Shown here: positions 19,878 to 30,166 of the stretch, one piece after another | Layout: every line of letters begins with the position of its first letter | Numbering within the stretch: the stretch's first letter is position 1 | From: Clostridiales bacterium | GTDB lineage: Bacteria; Bacillota; Clostridia; Caldicoprobacterales; UBA3941 | Direction: 5' to 3' | Length of the DNA: 64,000 bases | Assembly: GCA_012518075.1 (NCBI GenBank) | Contig: JAAYTG010000080.1 | Coordinates: 23,048-87,047 of the forward strand | The notes under the pieces: model-generated | Told to the model about the DNA's origin: nothing | The model's database searches: none | The model's input: the letters and a program-made list of their open reading frames with translations, nothing else | Position numbers and translations under genes: made by a program

Positions 19878-20980
19878 AAAAAAAGCCCATGGATTACCCC
19901 ATATTTATAACCACTATAATACTGGTTTGTTTTGGGATTGTAATGGTTTTTAGTTCCAGCTTCTATATGGCACAGCATAATGAAAGAATTCAAGACAGCT
20001 ATTACTTCTTAAAGACTCAGTCCCAATGGGCAGTGGTAGGTTTAGTTGCCATGATTATAATGTCCAACTTCAGCTATTGGAGACTAAAAAAGTATGCTAA
20101 TATTATGCTGATTGTAATTATTGGTCTGTTGGTGGCACTTTTGATATTTGGAAAACCAATCAACAATGCTAAGCGCTGGTTTGTTATTGCAGGAATCAGT
20201 ATACAGCCTTCGGAGATTGCAAAGTTTGGGTTAATTATATACCTATCCGCCAGTATATCCAGAAACAAAGATCGACTGAAAAGGCCAATTACCGGGTTTG
20301 GCTATTACTTGGCCATTACAGGACTTATTTTTGTACTTATATTTAAGCAGCCTAACCTGAGTACTGCCAGCAGTATAGTGATGTTAGCTCTAGTTATTCT
20401 CTTTGTAGGCGGTGCCAAGATTCTGCATTTAGGGGCGCTGGCAGGCCTTGGAATTTCAGGTATTGTTTTATTGCTTCAGAATGTTGATCATACCGATTAT
20501 AGAGTAAAGCGCTATTTGACCTTTTTAGATCCCTGGGCAGACCCCTTGGATGACGGTTTTCAAGTCATCCAATCCTTATATGCTCTGGGCTCTGGTGGGT
20601 TATTTGGAATGGGTTTAGGGCAAAGCAGGCAAAAATTCTTATTTCTCCCCTATGCAGAGACTGATTTTATATTTGCCATTATTGGCGAAGAATTGGGATT
20701 TGTTGGTGGTTCACTGGTTATGGTATTATTTTTGATTTTGATCTGGAGAGGCATTAGGATTGCCCTCACTGCTCCAGACCTGTTTGGATGTTTGCTGGCC
20801 ACAGGCATTACCGCTGCTATTGGCATTCAAACTGTAATAAACATAGCAGTTGTTACATCTTCCATGCCAGCAACAGGTTTACCTTTGCCCTTTATTAGTG
20901 CAGGAGGTTCCTCTTTGGCGTTTTTTATGGCAAGTATTGGGCTTTTGCTCAATATATCTAAGTATTGCGAGACTACCTAA
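19874..20980 (+). CDS. ftsW: SEDS-family lipid II polymerase FtsW/SpoVE
   Basis: 368 aa, about 10 TM helices. QPSE, FLPYAETDFIF and LPFISAGGSS motifs. ATGA overlap with murD. Confidence 0.85.
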   Translation: MKKKPMDYPIFITTIILVCFGIVMVFSSSFYMAQHNERIQDSYYFLKTQSQWAVVGLVAMIIMSNFSYWRLKKYANIMLIVIIGLLVALLIFGKPINNAKRWFVIAGISIQPSEIAKFGLIIYLSASISRNKDRLKRPITGFGYYLAITGLIFVLIFKQPNLSTASSIVMLALVILFVGGAKILHLGALAGLGISGIVLLLQNVDHTDYRVKRYLTFLDPWADPLDDGFQVIQSLYALGSGGLFGMGLGQSRQKFLFLPYAETDFIFAIIGEELGFVGGSLVMVLFLILIWRGIRIALTAPDLFGCLLATGITAAIGIQTVINIAVVTSSMPATGLPLPFISAGGSSLAFFMASIGLLLNISKYCETT

Positions 20981-21057
20981 GATATATAATTGTAACACCT
21001 CTTTTTTGGAATGCATACTATGGTATGGGAATAAAGTATCTAAGAGAGGTGCATACA

Positions 21058-22320
21058 ATGGCAAAATATATAATCACCGGAGGGAAAAGACTTGAAGGAA
21101 CTGTCAGAGTGACAGGGGCAAAAAATTCCATCCTGCCAATTCTTGCAGCTACATTATTAACTACCAAAGAGGTTGTTATAAATGATTGTCCCGGTTTAGT
21201 TGATATAGAGAAAGTTCTTGGTATCTTGAGAGCTGTTGGATGTAAGGTTAAACAAGAAGGCAGTACCCTTATCATAGATCCCTCTACTATAACCACTTGT
21301 ATAATCCCTGATAAATATGTCAAAGAGATTCGATCTTCCATTATTTTTTTAGGCGCTATGATTGCCAGAACGGGAAAGGCCCGAGTTACATATCCCGGAG
21401 GCTGTGAGATCGGACAGAGACCTATTAATCTGCATTTATCAGGATTAAAAAAACTGGGAACAGATATAAATGATTCTCATGGATATATTGAATGTGAGGG
21501 TTCTAACCTAATAGGCGCAGATATTCATTTGGATTATCCCAGTGTTGGAGCCACAGAAAATATAATCTTAGCAGCTACTGCAGCCCATGGTTATACCATC
21601 ATCAGAAACGCGGCAAAGGAACCTGAGATAAGTGATCTACAAGCTTTTATAAATGCCATCGGTGGAAGAGTCAGCGGAGCTGGGACCAGTACTATAGTTG
21701 TAGAGGGTAGAAGGCCCATGTATGGGACTGAGTATACCATTATTCCGGATCGTATTGTGGCAGGCACCTACCTGACGGCGGGAGTCATAACCGGAGGAGA
21801 GGTATTAGTGGAGAATGTCATATTAGATCATATTCAACCTATTATCGCTAAGCTAAGGGAATCGGGAGCCATTATTAAAGCTTCAGGAACATCCATTCAT
21901 ATTAAAGGGAGGGAGAGGCCACTACCCATATATCATACCACAACGCTACCATATCCAGGATTCCCTACGGATATGCAAGCTCAACTGATGAGTCTTCTCT
22001 CGGTTTCAAGTGGAACCAGCGTACTGGTAGAAACTATATTTGAGAACAGGTTTAAACATGTACCCGAATTGATACGCATGGGTGCTAATATAAGGATTGA
22101 CGGGAAGACAGCGGTTATTCAAGGTGTAGAGAGACTTAAGGGAGCAAGGGTTTCATCCTGGGATCTGCGAGGAGGGGCGGCCTTGGTTTTAGCCGGCTTA
22201 AGGGCCGAAGGGCAAACTGTTGTAGAAAACATCCATCATATTGATCGAGGATATGAATGCTTGCAATCCAGCCTTAAAAAGTTGGGAGCAGATATAGATA
22301 GGGTGGAAGATCAACAATAA
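21058..22320 (+). CDS. murA: UDP-GlcNAc 1-carboxyvinyltransferase MurA
   Basis: MAKYIITGGKRLEGTVRVTGAKNS. Catalytic-loop Cys in YPGGCEIGQRPINLH. Start moved to ATG 21058 after RBS AGAGAGGTG; the track ORF begins at 20965. Confidence 0.9.
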   Translation: MAKYIITGGKRLEGTVRVTGAKNSILPILAATLLTTKEVVINDCPGLVDIEKVLGILRAVGCKVKQEGSTLIIDPSTITTCIIPDKYVKEIRSSIIFLGAMIARTGKARVTYPGGCEIGQRPINLHLSGLKKLGTDINDSHGYIECEGSNLIGADIHLDYPSVGATENIILAATAAHGYTIIRNAAKEPEISDLQAFINAIGGRVSGAGTSTIVVEGRRPMYGTEYTIIPDRIVAGTYLTAGVITGGEVLVENVILDHIQPIIAKLRESGAIIKASGTSIHIKGRERPLPIYHTTTLPYPGFPTDMQAQLMSLLSVSSGTSVLVETIFENRFKHVPELIRMGANIRIDGKTAVIQGVERLKGARVSSWDLRGGAALVLAGLRAEGQTVVENIHHIDRGYECLQSSLKKLGADIDRVEDQQ

Positions 22321-22398
22321 AGGTATATAGGGGCAGGGCCGGAAAATAAACATCTACTTTTCGGCCTCTAGCCTAGACTTCGGAGATGGAGTGATTGT

Positions 22399-23133
22399 AT
22401 GAGAGGCTCAAGGACAAAAAGGTATATGCTGGTAATATTAATGCTACTACTTGCTATAACTGGGCTTGTATATATTGGAACAGAAAGCTTTGAAATTCAG
22501 GAGATCACTATTATAGGGAATGAAAAATTCCAGAAGGATGATATTATAAAAAGATCGGGAATATCCTATAATCAAAATATCTTAAAGTTGGACAAGGGTC
22601 TGGTAAAAGATAGGATTGAGACCGAGCCATATCTGGAAGTTGTGTCAATAAAGTCTAATTATCCTGATGAAGTAATAATCACCATAAGAGAGAAAGAAGC
22701 TGCTGCAATTATTCCATATTTGAACTCATATTTTATCATAGATGTTGACTGTAATATCATGGAGATTACTGATAAACTTGACGATGTGCAGTATCCTTTG
22801 ATACAGGGTGTGCAGGTAAATAGTTTTGTAGTGGGTAAAAAGCTAGTAGCTGAGGAAGAATATCAGGTAAAAGTTCTATCTAGAATCTTAGAATCAATAG
22901 AGCTTTTGGAGCTGGAAAATCAGATTTCTGAAATCATGCTAGATGATCCTGATGATGTTAAGATGTTGTTGACAGATGGAATACGGACTAGGATTGGACA
23001 GGCCATAGAAGTAGATGAAAAGCTATTATGGATTAAAAGTGATAAAATAAAAGAGGTTTGTAAAGGTATTGCTAGGGGTATATTGGATTTAAGCACTCCT
23101 TCCCAGCCGGTATTTTATTCTGATGAAAGTTGA
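22399..23133 (+). CDS. ftsQ: Cell division protein FtsQ/DivIB (POTRA domain)
   Basis: N-terminal TM, then a POTRA-like EIQEITIIGNEKFQKDDII. Position in the dcw cluster. Confidence 0.7.
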   Translation: MRGSRTKRYMLVILMLLLAITGLVYIGTESFEIQEITIIGNEKFQKDDIIKRSGISYNQNILKLDKGLVKDRIETEPYLEVVSIKSNYPDEVIITIREKEAAAIIPYLNSYFIIDVDCNIMEITDKLDDVQYPLIQGVQVNSFVVGKKLVAEEEYQVKVLSRILESIELLELENQISEIMLDDPDDVKMLLTDGIRTRIGQAIEVDEKLLWIKSDKIKEVCKGIARGILDLSTPSQPVFYSDES

Positions 23134-23142
23134 GGTGAATTC

Positions 23143-23853
23143 ATGAAAAAATCTTATGCAGGTCAACTTGCTATTAGTCTAGTTAGTCTGATTTTAGGGC
23201 TGATGTTGGCTGCACAGTTCAAAAATGTTCAGAAGGTAGGAGGAAATGTGTCTAGACAAAGGACACAAGAACTGACCGAGCATATTAAGAAGTTAGAGTC
23301 TGACAATGAGAGTCTTAGCAATCAAATTAAGGAGTATGAGGACATTATAAAGAGCTATGAAAATGTGTCTAAGGATGAGACTTTGGTTAACGAATTGGCA
23401 AAATCAAAGAGTCTTGCCGGACTTCTACCTATGGAGGGTCCTGGAGTGGTTGTAACTGTAGATAACCTATATATAAATAGTTGGGATGGAGGGCATCAAA
23501 CGGTTCAAAATGTCCATTATGATGACTTATTAAGGTTGGTAAATGAGCTAAATGCAGCAGGTGCTGAAGCCATCGCTATAAACAATGAGCGAGTAATTCC
23601 TACAACTGAGATTCGAAACGCTGGGGACTATATTGTTATAAACACCAATAGACACTCCGTGCCCTTTGAAATTAAAGCTATTGGAAATTCGGAAAACCTA
23701 AAGGCTGCCTTAAACCTCTTGGGTGGCGTAGTGGACAATCTAAGTCAAATACTAAATATTAAGGTGAAAACAGAGTCCAATATAAGTATACCGGCATATG
23801 AGGGAACTATAAACTATAGATATGCGGAACCGGTACAGGACAAAAAGTCGTGA
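23143..23853 (+). CDS. DUF881 (YlxW/YlxX-like) division-associated protein, copy 1
   Basis: TM plus coiled-coil, then GPGVVVTV ... LVNELNAAGAEAIAINNERV. Synteny with B. subtilis ylxW/ylxX. Confidence 0.7.
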   Translation: MKKSYAGQLAISLVSLILGLMLAAQFKNVQKVGGNVSRQRTQELTEHIKKLESDNESLSNQIKEYEDIIKSYENVSKDETLVNELAKSKSLAGLLPMEGPGVVVTVDNLYINSWDGGHQTVQNVHYDDLLRLVNELNAAGAEAIAINNERVIPTTEIRNAGDYIVINTNRHSVPFEIKAIGNSENLKAALNLLGGVVDNLSQILNIKVKTESNISIPAYEGTINYRYAEPVQDKKS

Positions 23854-23862
23854 GGGATATGA

Positions 23863-24642
23863 ATGAAAATAAAGAAAGACCTTTGGGTATTAACTTTGAT
23901 TGCAATATTAGCAGGCTTCTTTATTATACGGGTATTAGAAGCACAAAACCCACAGTTGGGTATAAGTAGCATGCTATCTCCTCAAGCCCTGGACCAGTAC
24001 TTTGAAGGTAGATCATTAGGGAAAATAGAGGAGTATCTTAAGGTTTCCAAGGAGTTGGAGCAAGAAAGAGCTGACCTGTTGGAAGAGATTAGAGCTTTGG
24101 GGGAAATTATTTCCAGACATGAGAAGGAAGCAGCTGAAAAAATAGAAGAAGGTGAGCAAATCCGAGAAGAACTCGAAATCAGTAGAATGATTGCTGGCAT
24201 GCTAGATGTGGAAGGTCCTGGTGTGGAGATCATACTAGATGATCGAAAAAGGGATACAATTTTAGAGAGCGATCTGGGTATGATGGGATACTATATTGTT
24301 CATGATAGTGATCTCTTAGAGGTGGTCAATGAATTACGTGCTGCAGGAGCCGAGGCAGTGGCCATAAACGGTGTAAGGATCATTGGATCCTCCAGAATAA
24401 GCTGTGGCGGGCCTACAATTAATGTAGGGAAGGAACAAAGGTTTGTACCTCCTTTTGTAATTCATGCGGTTGGGGACCCAGACGCTTTGGCTTCCTATTT
24501 CCAACGAGAGGATAGCATCTATCAGACCCTAATGTTTTGGGGTTTAAGATTCGAGATTGAAAAGAAGGATTTGGTTCAGATACCTCGCTATATTGGCGAT
24601 ATAGAATATAAACATGCAAAACCTATTGGAGAGGGTGAGTAG
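23863..24642 (+). CDS. DUF881 (YlxW/YlxX-like) division-associated protein, copy 2
   Basis: Paralogue of the previous gene: GPGVEIIL ... VVNELRAAGAEAVAINGVRI. Confidence 0.7.
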   Translation: MKIKKDLWVLTLIAILAGFFIIRVLEAQNPQLGISSMLSPQALDQYFEGRSLGKIEEYLKVSKELEQERADLLEEIRALGEIISRHEKEAAEKIEEGEQIREELEISRMIAGMLDVEGPGVEIILDDRKRDTILESDLGMMGYYIVHDSDLLEVVNELRAAGAEAVAINGVRIIGSSRISCGGPTINVGKEQRFVPPFVIHAVGDPDALASYFQREDSIYQTLMFWGLRFEIEKKDLVQIPRYIGDIEYKHAKPIGEGE

Positions 24643-24643
24643 A

Positions 24644-25006
24644 ATGTGGCTTCCAATATTAGGAATAATCATTGGTATTGTTTTAGGGCTAGTACTGCCT
24701 TTGCAGATTCCTACAAACTATGCTTCATACATGTCCATAGCTGTACTAGCTGCACTGGACTCAGTGTTTGGTGGGATACGTGCAAGTCTGGAGGATAATT
24801 TCCAAACTGACATCTTTATATCGGGATTCTTTGGCAATGCCTTCCTGGCGGCAGGCCTTGCATATATAGGAGATCGACTGGATGTTCCTATATATTTGGC
24901 GGCAATATTTGCTTTTGGGATAAGACTATTCCAGAATTTCGCAGCACTACGCCGTCATTTTCTCATATTTTTGCGCAAGAAATTTGGAAATAATCTTGAA
25001 AAATAA
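24644..25006 (+). CDS. sbp: Small basic protein Sbp (DUF1290)
   Basis: About 120-aa membrane protein MWLPILGIIIGIVLG between DUF881 and ftsZ, as in B. subtilis. Start moved to ATG 24644 after RBS GGAGAGGGTGAG. Confidence 0.65.
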   Translation: MWLPILGIIIGIVLGLVLPLQIPTNYASYMSIAVLAALDSVFGGIRASLEDNFQTDIFISGFFGNAFLAAGLAYIGDRLDVPIYLAAIFAFGIRLFQNFAALRRHFLIFLRKKFGNNLEK

Positions 25007-25209
25007 TTGATAAATATATTTCGTTTTATTCACTTATATGATAACATAATAATGTGTTATATATTATAAAGCAATATTTTTCATTGTTTAGTTTGTTAGG
25101 ATAAACAGCAACTACATAGGAGACGGAAATATAACCAAGAGTGAAATTTTGTTGGACAAGTTGATATGGGAAAATCATTTCTGAAAAGGACTGAGGGGGA
25201 GGAAGGGAA

Positions 25210-26286
25210 ATGCTAGAATTTGATATTGATATGGATCAATTTGCTCATATAAAGGTTATTGGGGTTGGTGGCGGTGGAAACAATGCTATCAATCGCATGA
25301 TACAGTACGGTTTAAAAGGTGTTGAATTTATTTCCATTAATACTGATAAGCAAGCTCTATATTTGTCTCAATCAAATCAGAAGATTCAAATCGGAGAAAA
25401 ACTGACCAAAGGACTTGGCGCTGGTGCCAACCCGGAGATTGGGCAAAAGGCAGCTGAGGAAAGCAGGGAAGAAATTCAGCATGCCTTAGAGGGCTCTGAC
25501 ATGGTTTTTATCACTGCCGGCATGGGTGGTGGAACCGGGACAGGAGCAGCACCAATAGTGGCGGAGGTAGCAAAGGAAATGGGAGTTCTAACGGTAGGTG
25601 TAGTTACAAAACCATTTCTATTTGAAGGTCGCCAAAGAATGACCAATGCCGAGAAAGGTATAATAGATTTAAAAGAAAAAGTAGATACCTTAGTAACCAT
25701 ACCCAATGATAGACTACTGCAGGTAATAGAAAAACGTACGTCTATGTTAGAGGCTTTTAAGATTGCCGACGATATATTGAGACAGGGTGTCCAGGGTATT
25801 TCGGATTTGATTGCAGTACCTGGTTTAGTCAATCTGGACTTTGCGGATGTACGTACCATAATGAGAGAAAAGGGTCTGGCCCACATGGGTATCGGTAAGA
25901 GTGGTGGTGACAATAGGGCAGTAGAAGCAGCAAAGCAGGCTATACAGAGCCCTTTACTAGAGACCACTATTGATGGGGCCAGAGGCGTATTGCTAAACAT
26001 TACTGGTGGGGAGAACCTAGGTCTATTTGAGGTCAACGAAGCAGCGGAGTTGGTGGCCCAGGCAGCCCATCCTGATGCAAATATTATATTTGGAGCCGTA
26101 ATAGATGAAAATCTGGAAGATGAGATCAAGATTACGGTCATAGCCACCGGATTTGAACAGGGCAAAGTCGGCTCTGCAAGGGAACAAAGAAGGAGTACCA
26201 GCAGGCCGGTAGAACCTACATTTGGTTCGGATTATCAAGAGGATGATCTGGTAATCCCGACTTTTTTAAGGCGGGGAAGAAACTGA
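25210..26286 (+). CDS. ftsZ: Cell division GTPase FtsZ
   Basis: [13 protein letters not shown] and tubulin signature [11 protein letters not shown]-terminal [10 protein letters not shown] peptide. Confidence 0.95.
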   Translation: MLEFDIDMDQFAHIKVIGVGGGGNNAINRMIQYGLKGVEFISINTDKQALYLSQSNQKIQIGEKLTKGLGAGANPEIGQKAAEESREEIQHALEGSDMVFITAGMGGGTGTGAAPIVAEVAKEMGVLTVGVVTKPFLFEGRQRMTNAEKGIIDLKEKVDTLVTIPNDRLLQVIEKRTSMLEAFKIADDILRQGVQGISDLIAVPGLVNLDFADVRTIMREKGLAHMGIGKSGGDNRAVEAAKQAIQSPLLETTIDGARGVLLNITGGENLGLFEVNEAAELVAQAAHPDANIIFGAVIDENLEDEIKITVIATGFEQGKVGSAREQRRSTSRPVEPTFGSDYQEDDLVIPTFLRRGRN

Positions 26287-26313
26287 GTAAGAAACTAATG
26301 GAATAACCTATAG

Positions 26314-26356
26314 AAACAAACGACAATAAAGGAACTTATTGTCGTTTGTTTTTTTT
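26314..26356 (+). terminator. Rho-independent terminator after ftsZ
   Basis: Perfect 16-bp stem AAACAAACGACAATAA / TTATTGTCGTTTGTTT, 6-nt loop, T5 tail. Confidence 0.85.
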
Positions 26357-26505
26357 GTTCCAGTACATCGTTCTACAAGATTCTAATGTCTAATATTATA
26401 TAATAGGGACAAAGACTGAACTTAGTTTATATTATAATGCTTCCATTGAATCCATATTATACAAGCGCCAAGGGATTATGCAAAAAATATGTAGGGGGCA
26501 AGGGT

Positions 26506-27414
26506 GTGGGTCCTATTGAGTATAGATATGTAGATATAATATGGCTTGATAATCTAGTCATGAACTTTATCCTATTATGGACAACATCTAAGCTATCAAA
26601 AGAATGTATTGTCCTATGGAGATTGTGGCTAGCATCATGTATAGGGGCAAGCTATGCAGTGGTCATGATATATTATAAATCTTCTATACTCAACTGCTTG
26701 GGGCTAAAAATATTATTATCATTAGCAATGCTAATAGTGGTATTTAAGTATACTAGTATTGCAAAACTTTTAAGACTTATGGGACTCTTCTATAGCGTTA
26801 CCTTTGCATTTGGTGGAGGGGTTTTTGGTATATATTTCTTTACCCAGGATATATTATCAATTGAGAATGGGGTATTTTATATAAAGAACTTCCCAGTTAA
26901 AGTCTTATTTTTTTCAGCTCTGCTAATCATTATATTTATATACACTTTAGTACCAAGAATTCGGAGAATATGGACTACCAGTCATTTAGTCTACCCTATA
27001 AAAATAATCTATAATGGAATGGATTTTATACTAGATGCATTGCTTGACACAGGTAATTCATTGTATGATCCAATGACCCATAGTCCGGTGGTTATAGTTG
27101 AATATACAAAAATTCAGGAGCTTTTGCCAAATGAAATAAGGGATATTTTTAAGGCTGATAAGGACTCCAATATGGAGTATATTGCCAATACCCTATCTGA
27201 TTCTGATTTTATAGGAAGATTTCGGTTAATACCTTACCATACAGTAGGTAAACCAGGGGGACTATTATTAGGATTTAGGCCAGATAAGGTTTTAATATCT
27301 GTAGAGGATAAATGGTCTGAATACGAGGATATAATTGTGGCTTTATATAATGATAGGCTTTCGAGGGATGAGCAGTATCATGCCCTCATTCATCCAGAAG
27401 TGCTATCTACTTGA
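26506..27414 (+). CDS. spoIIGA: Sigma-E processing aspartic protease SpoIIGA
   Basis: YVDIIWLDNLVMNFILLW N-terminus, 5 TM helices, catalytic LLDTGNSL. Start placed at GTG 26506; the track ATG at 26437 lies inside a TATAAT box. Confidence 0.8.
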   Translation: MGPIEYRYVDIIWLDNLVMNFILLWTTSKLSKECIVLWRLWLASCIGASYAVVMIYYKSSILNCLGLKILLSLAMLIVVFKYTSIAKLLRLMGLFYSVTFAFGGGVFGIYFFTQDILSIENGVFYIKNFPVKVLFFSALLIIIFIYTLVPRIRRIWTTSHLVYPIKIIYNGMDFILDALLDTGNSLYDPMTHSPVVIVEYTKIQELLPNEIRDIFKADKDSNMEYIANTLSDSDFIGRFRLIPYHTVGKPGGLLLGFRPDKVLISVEDKWSEYEDIIVALYNDRLSRDEQYHALIHPEVLST

Positions 27415-27427
27415 TTGAAAAAGGAGG

Positions 27428-28174
27428 ATGATGAAATTGAGTAGGGGTTTTATAGATAAAATGAGATATCATGTCTATAGGATTCAGCTTAGACTGATAA
27501 AAAGATTCCCGTCACTAGGAAAGTTCACAATATTTTATATAAGCGGGAGTGAAGCCCTTCCTCCCCCTCTATCTCCCCAGGAAGAGAGAGAGCTGATTAA
27601 ACGCTTAGAGCAGGGAGATAAATCTGTAAAGAGTCCCTTGATTGAACGAAATCTACGCTTGGTTGTATATATAGCCAGAAAATTTGAAAACACTGGAATA
27701 GGATTGGAGGATTTGGTCTCCATTGGTACCATCGGCCTAATAAAAGCTGTCAATACATTTGATCCCCAAAAGAAAATAAAACTTGCTACCTATGCCTCTC
27801 GCTGTATCGAAAATGAAATCCTTATGTATTTAAGGAGAAATGGAAAAATAAAATCAGAGATATCTCTTGATGAACCTTTGAATATCGATTGGGATGGTAA
27901 TGAATTGCTATTGTCGGATATTTTGGGTACGGAGAATGATCTAATATATAAGGTAATAGAGGAGGAAGTGAATCGGGAACTTTTGAATATAGCTATGGAG
28001 AAATTGACAGGTAGGGAAAGGAAGATCATGGAACTGAGATTTGGACTGGGGGGACAGAAAGAGCAAACTCAAAAGGAAGTTGCAGATTTTTTAGGAATAT
28101 CTCAGTCATATATCTCAAGGCTAGAAAAGCGAATAATAAAGCGTCTTAGAAAGGAAATAGCCAGAATGGTTTAA
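27428..28174 (+). CDS. sigE: Sporulation sigma factor SigE (pro-sigma-E)
   Basis: Pro-sequence followed by [17 protein letters not shown], with regions 2 to 4 conserved. The exact start is ambiguous (27428, 27431 or 27437). Confidence 0.9.
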   Translation: MMKLSRGFIDKMRYHVYRIQLRLIKRFPSLGKFTIFYISGSEALPPPLSPQEERELIKRLEQGDKSVKSPLIERNLRLVVYIARKFENTGIGLEDLVSIGTIGLIKAVNTFDPQKKIKLATYASRCIENEILMYLRRNGKIKSEISLDEPLNIDWDGNELLLSDILGTENDLIYKVIEEEVNRELLNIAMEKLTGRERKIMELRFGLGGQKEQTQKEVADFLGISQSYISRLEKRIIKRLRKEIARMV

Positions 28175-28311
28175 GCCATGTCGGCATAAACTAACATTAT
28201 TATACAAATCTAGTAGGATCTATTTTAGAATAAAAACCTCTGTCCAGGGAAATACTTCATCTATAGAATCAGTACTGATTTATACTACTACAGACGGACG
28301 GAGGATTTGAC

Positions 28312-29085
28312 ATGCTTGTAAACAAAGTTGAGATCTGTGGAGTAAACACTTCAAAGCTGCCGGTATTAACAAACGAGGAGATGAAGGAATTGTTTGCTCT
28401 CATGCACGCTGGAGACCAAAGTGCTAGGGAAGAATTCATTCAAGGGAATCTGAGACTAGTTTTGAGTGTTATAAAGCGATTTAACAATCGTGGAGAGAAT
28501 ATTGATGATCTTTTTCAAGTAGGCTGTATCGGACTCATAAAAGCTATTGATAATTTTGATTTATCACATAATGTTAGATTTTCAACCTATGCTGTTCCCA
28601 TGATTATAGGAGAAATTCGCAGATATTTAAGAGATAATAATTCTATTAGGGTAAGCAGATCCTTAAGGGATATAGCCTACAAGGCTCTACAGGTAAGGGA
28701 CCAGCTAATAAACAAGAACTCAAAGGAACCTACAGTAACTGAAATAGCCAAGGAGTTGAATCTTTCTAGAGAGGAAGTGGTTTTTGCCCTAGATGCTATC
28801 CAAGATCCCATATCACTATTTGAGCCAATATACAATGATGGTGGCGATGCCATCTATGTTATGGATCAAGTTAGCGATGAAAAAAATCTTGATGACACAT
28901 GGTTGGAGGGAATTGCCCTTGGAGAAGCAATGTCCAAGCTTAACCAAAGGGAAAAACTTATATTGACATTAAGATTTTTCGAAGGAAGGACTCAGATGGA
29001 AGTTGCAGATGAGATAGGTATCTCCCAAGCACAAGTTTCTAGATTGGAAAAGACAGCTTTGAATCAGATGCGAAAATATATATAA
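28312..29085 (+). CDS. sigG: Sporulation sigma factor SigG
   Basis: VEICGVNTSKLPVLTNEEM ... FSTYAVPMIIGEIRRYLRD. Position directly after sigE. Confidence 0.9.
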   Translation: MLVNKVEICGVNTSKLPVLTNEEMKELFALMHAGDQSAREEFIQGNLRLVLSVIKRFNNRGENIDDLFQVGCIGLIKAIDNFDLSHNVRFSTYAVPMIIGEIRRYLRDNNSIRVSRSLRDIAYKALQVRDQLINKNSKEPTVTEIAKELNLSREEVVFALDAIQDPISLFEPIYNDGGDAIYVMDQVSDEKNLDDTWLEGIALGEAMSKLNQREKLILTLRFFEGRTQMEVADEIGISQAQVSRLEKTALNQMRKYI

Positions 29086-29094
29086 AATATATCT

Positions 29095-29115
29095 AAGGGG
29101 GAAACCCCTTTTTTT
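29095..29115 (+). terminator. Rho-independent terminator after sigG
   Basis: AAGGGG GAAA CCCCTT followed by a T-run. Confidence 0.7.
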
Positions 29116-29174
29116 CATACCCTCGTCCACAAAGGAATATAATATACAAAGATAAAAGTGGGGTGAAGGGTATT

Positions 29175-29426
29175 ATGGCAAAGTCTTCAGATTTCCGACA
29201 GAAGGAAGTAATAAATATTAGGGATGGTAGAAGGTTGGGAGTTATAATAGATATGGAGTTTGATTTGCAGGCAGGTAGAATAACCGCAATAGTGGTTCCG
29301 GGGTCTAGTAAGTTAATGGGTTTTATAAAAGGACATACTGATTATGTAATACCTTGGGAAAAAATTAAAAAAATAGGAGATGACGTTATACTGGTGGATG
29401 TAGATCTGATGAAGTTTGAAATTTGA
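29175..29426 (+). CDS. ylmC: YlmC/YmxH family sporulation protein (PRC-barrel)
   Basis: MAKSSDFRQKEVINIRDGRRLGVIIDMEFD aligns with the YlmC/YmxH N-termini. Start moved to ATG 29175. Confidence 0.75.
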   Translation: MAKSSDFRQKEVINIRDGRRLGVIIDMEFDLQAGRITAIVVPGSSKLMGFIKGHTDYVIPWEKIKKIGDDVILVDVDLMKFEI

Positions 29427-29572
29427 GAAAATAGGGAGATTATGTAGACAGATAGGAATAAATTGGTTATAATATGTTTAGAAATAGAAAGCAGGTAGTA
29501 AAAAGTTATAGTTGGGTGTTAGAAGATAGGGAATAACATAAAAGACTGAAGTAGGAGTTTGGAGGTTTACAT

Positions 29573-30028
29573 ATGAAATGCCCATTTTGTGGAAGTTTTG
29601 ACAGTAAAGTTATTGATTCACGTCCTACCGATGAGGGATCTGCTATCCGAAGACGAAGAGAATGTATGGAGTGCACAAAGAGATACACCACCTATGAAAA
29701 AATAGAAATCCTGCCTCTTTTTGTAATCAAGAAAGATGGTAGCAGAGAAACTTTTGACAGAAACAAGATAATGTCTGGTCTGCTAAAAGCATGTGAAAAA
29801 AGACCCGTACCCATAAAGAAATTGGATAAACTGGCCCAGGATATAGAAAAGAATATGTATAATTCTTTGGACCAGGAGATTACCAGTGAAAGAATAGGAC
29901 AAATGGTAATGGAGGGACTAAAAGAATTAGATGAGGTTGCATATGTACGCTTTGCATCGGTATACCGTCAGTTTAAGGATGTTAACAATTTCATTGATGA
30001 ATTGGAAAAAATAATACGAGATAGATAG
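29573..30028 (+). CDS. nrdR: Transcriptional repressor NrdR
   Basis: Zinc ribbon MKCPFCGS...CMEC, then an ATP-cone. 151 aa. Confidence 0.9.
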   Translation: MKCPFCGSFDSKVIDSRPTDEGSAIRRRRECMECTKRYTTYEKIEILPLFVIKKDGSRETFDRNKIMSGLLKACEKRPVPIKKLDKLAQDIEKNMYNSLDQEITSERIGQMVMEGLKELDEVAYVRFASVYRQFKDVNNFIDELEKIIRDR

Positions 30029-30056
30029 TGGACAAATAGTATCAAATCAGCAATAG

Positions 30057-30088
30057 GAGCCTTAATAGGATTAGGGGCTCTTTTTTTT
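30057..30088 (+). terminator. Rho-independent terminator after nrdR
   Basis: About 10-bp stem GAGCCTTAAT / ATTAGGGGCTC (one bulge), followed by T8. Confidence 0.65.
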
Positions 30089-30166
30089 ATGTCGAATACA
30101 ACTATTGCTAGCTGGGTAATATAAGTATGATTAGCAGAAGCAATCAATGCAAAATGAGGTGAAGTT

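Noticed and set aside
20965-21057. N-terminal extensions of track ORFs (murA 20965; also spoIIGA 26437, MarR 43507, Yip1-like 56734, membrane protein 58759, UPF0104 46473, LCP 51680, DUF512 32296, spoIIP 30816)
   Set aside because: In each case a downstream start with a proper Shine-Dalgarno, and an N-terminus matching the family or a signal peptide, fits better. The extensions overlap promoters or upstream genes.
25476-26165. 229-aa minus-strand ORF antisense to ftsZ
   Set aside because: It lies fully inside the unambiguous ftsZ gene. The product is low-complexity and Pro/Ser/Ala-rich, which is the usual mirror of Gly/Ala-rich codons. It has no RBS.
28228-28257. Forespore-type promoter upstream of sigG (GAATA ... 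GGGAAATACT)
   Set aside because: The match to the sigma-F and sigma-G consensus as I remember it is only partial, and the spacing is ambiguous. Not reportable as a feature without TSS data.
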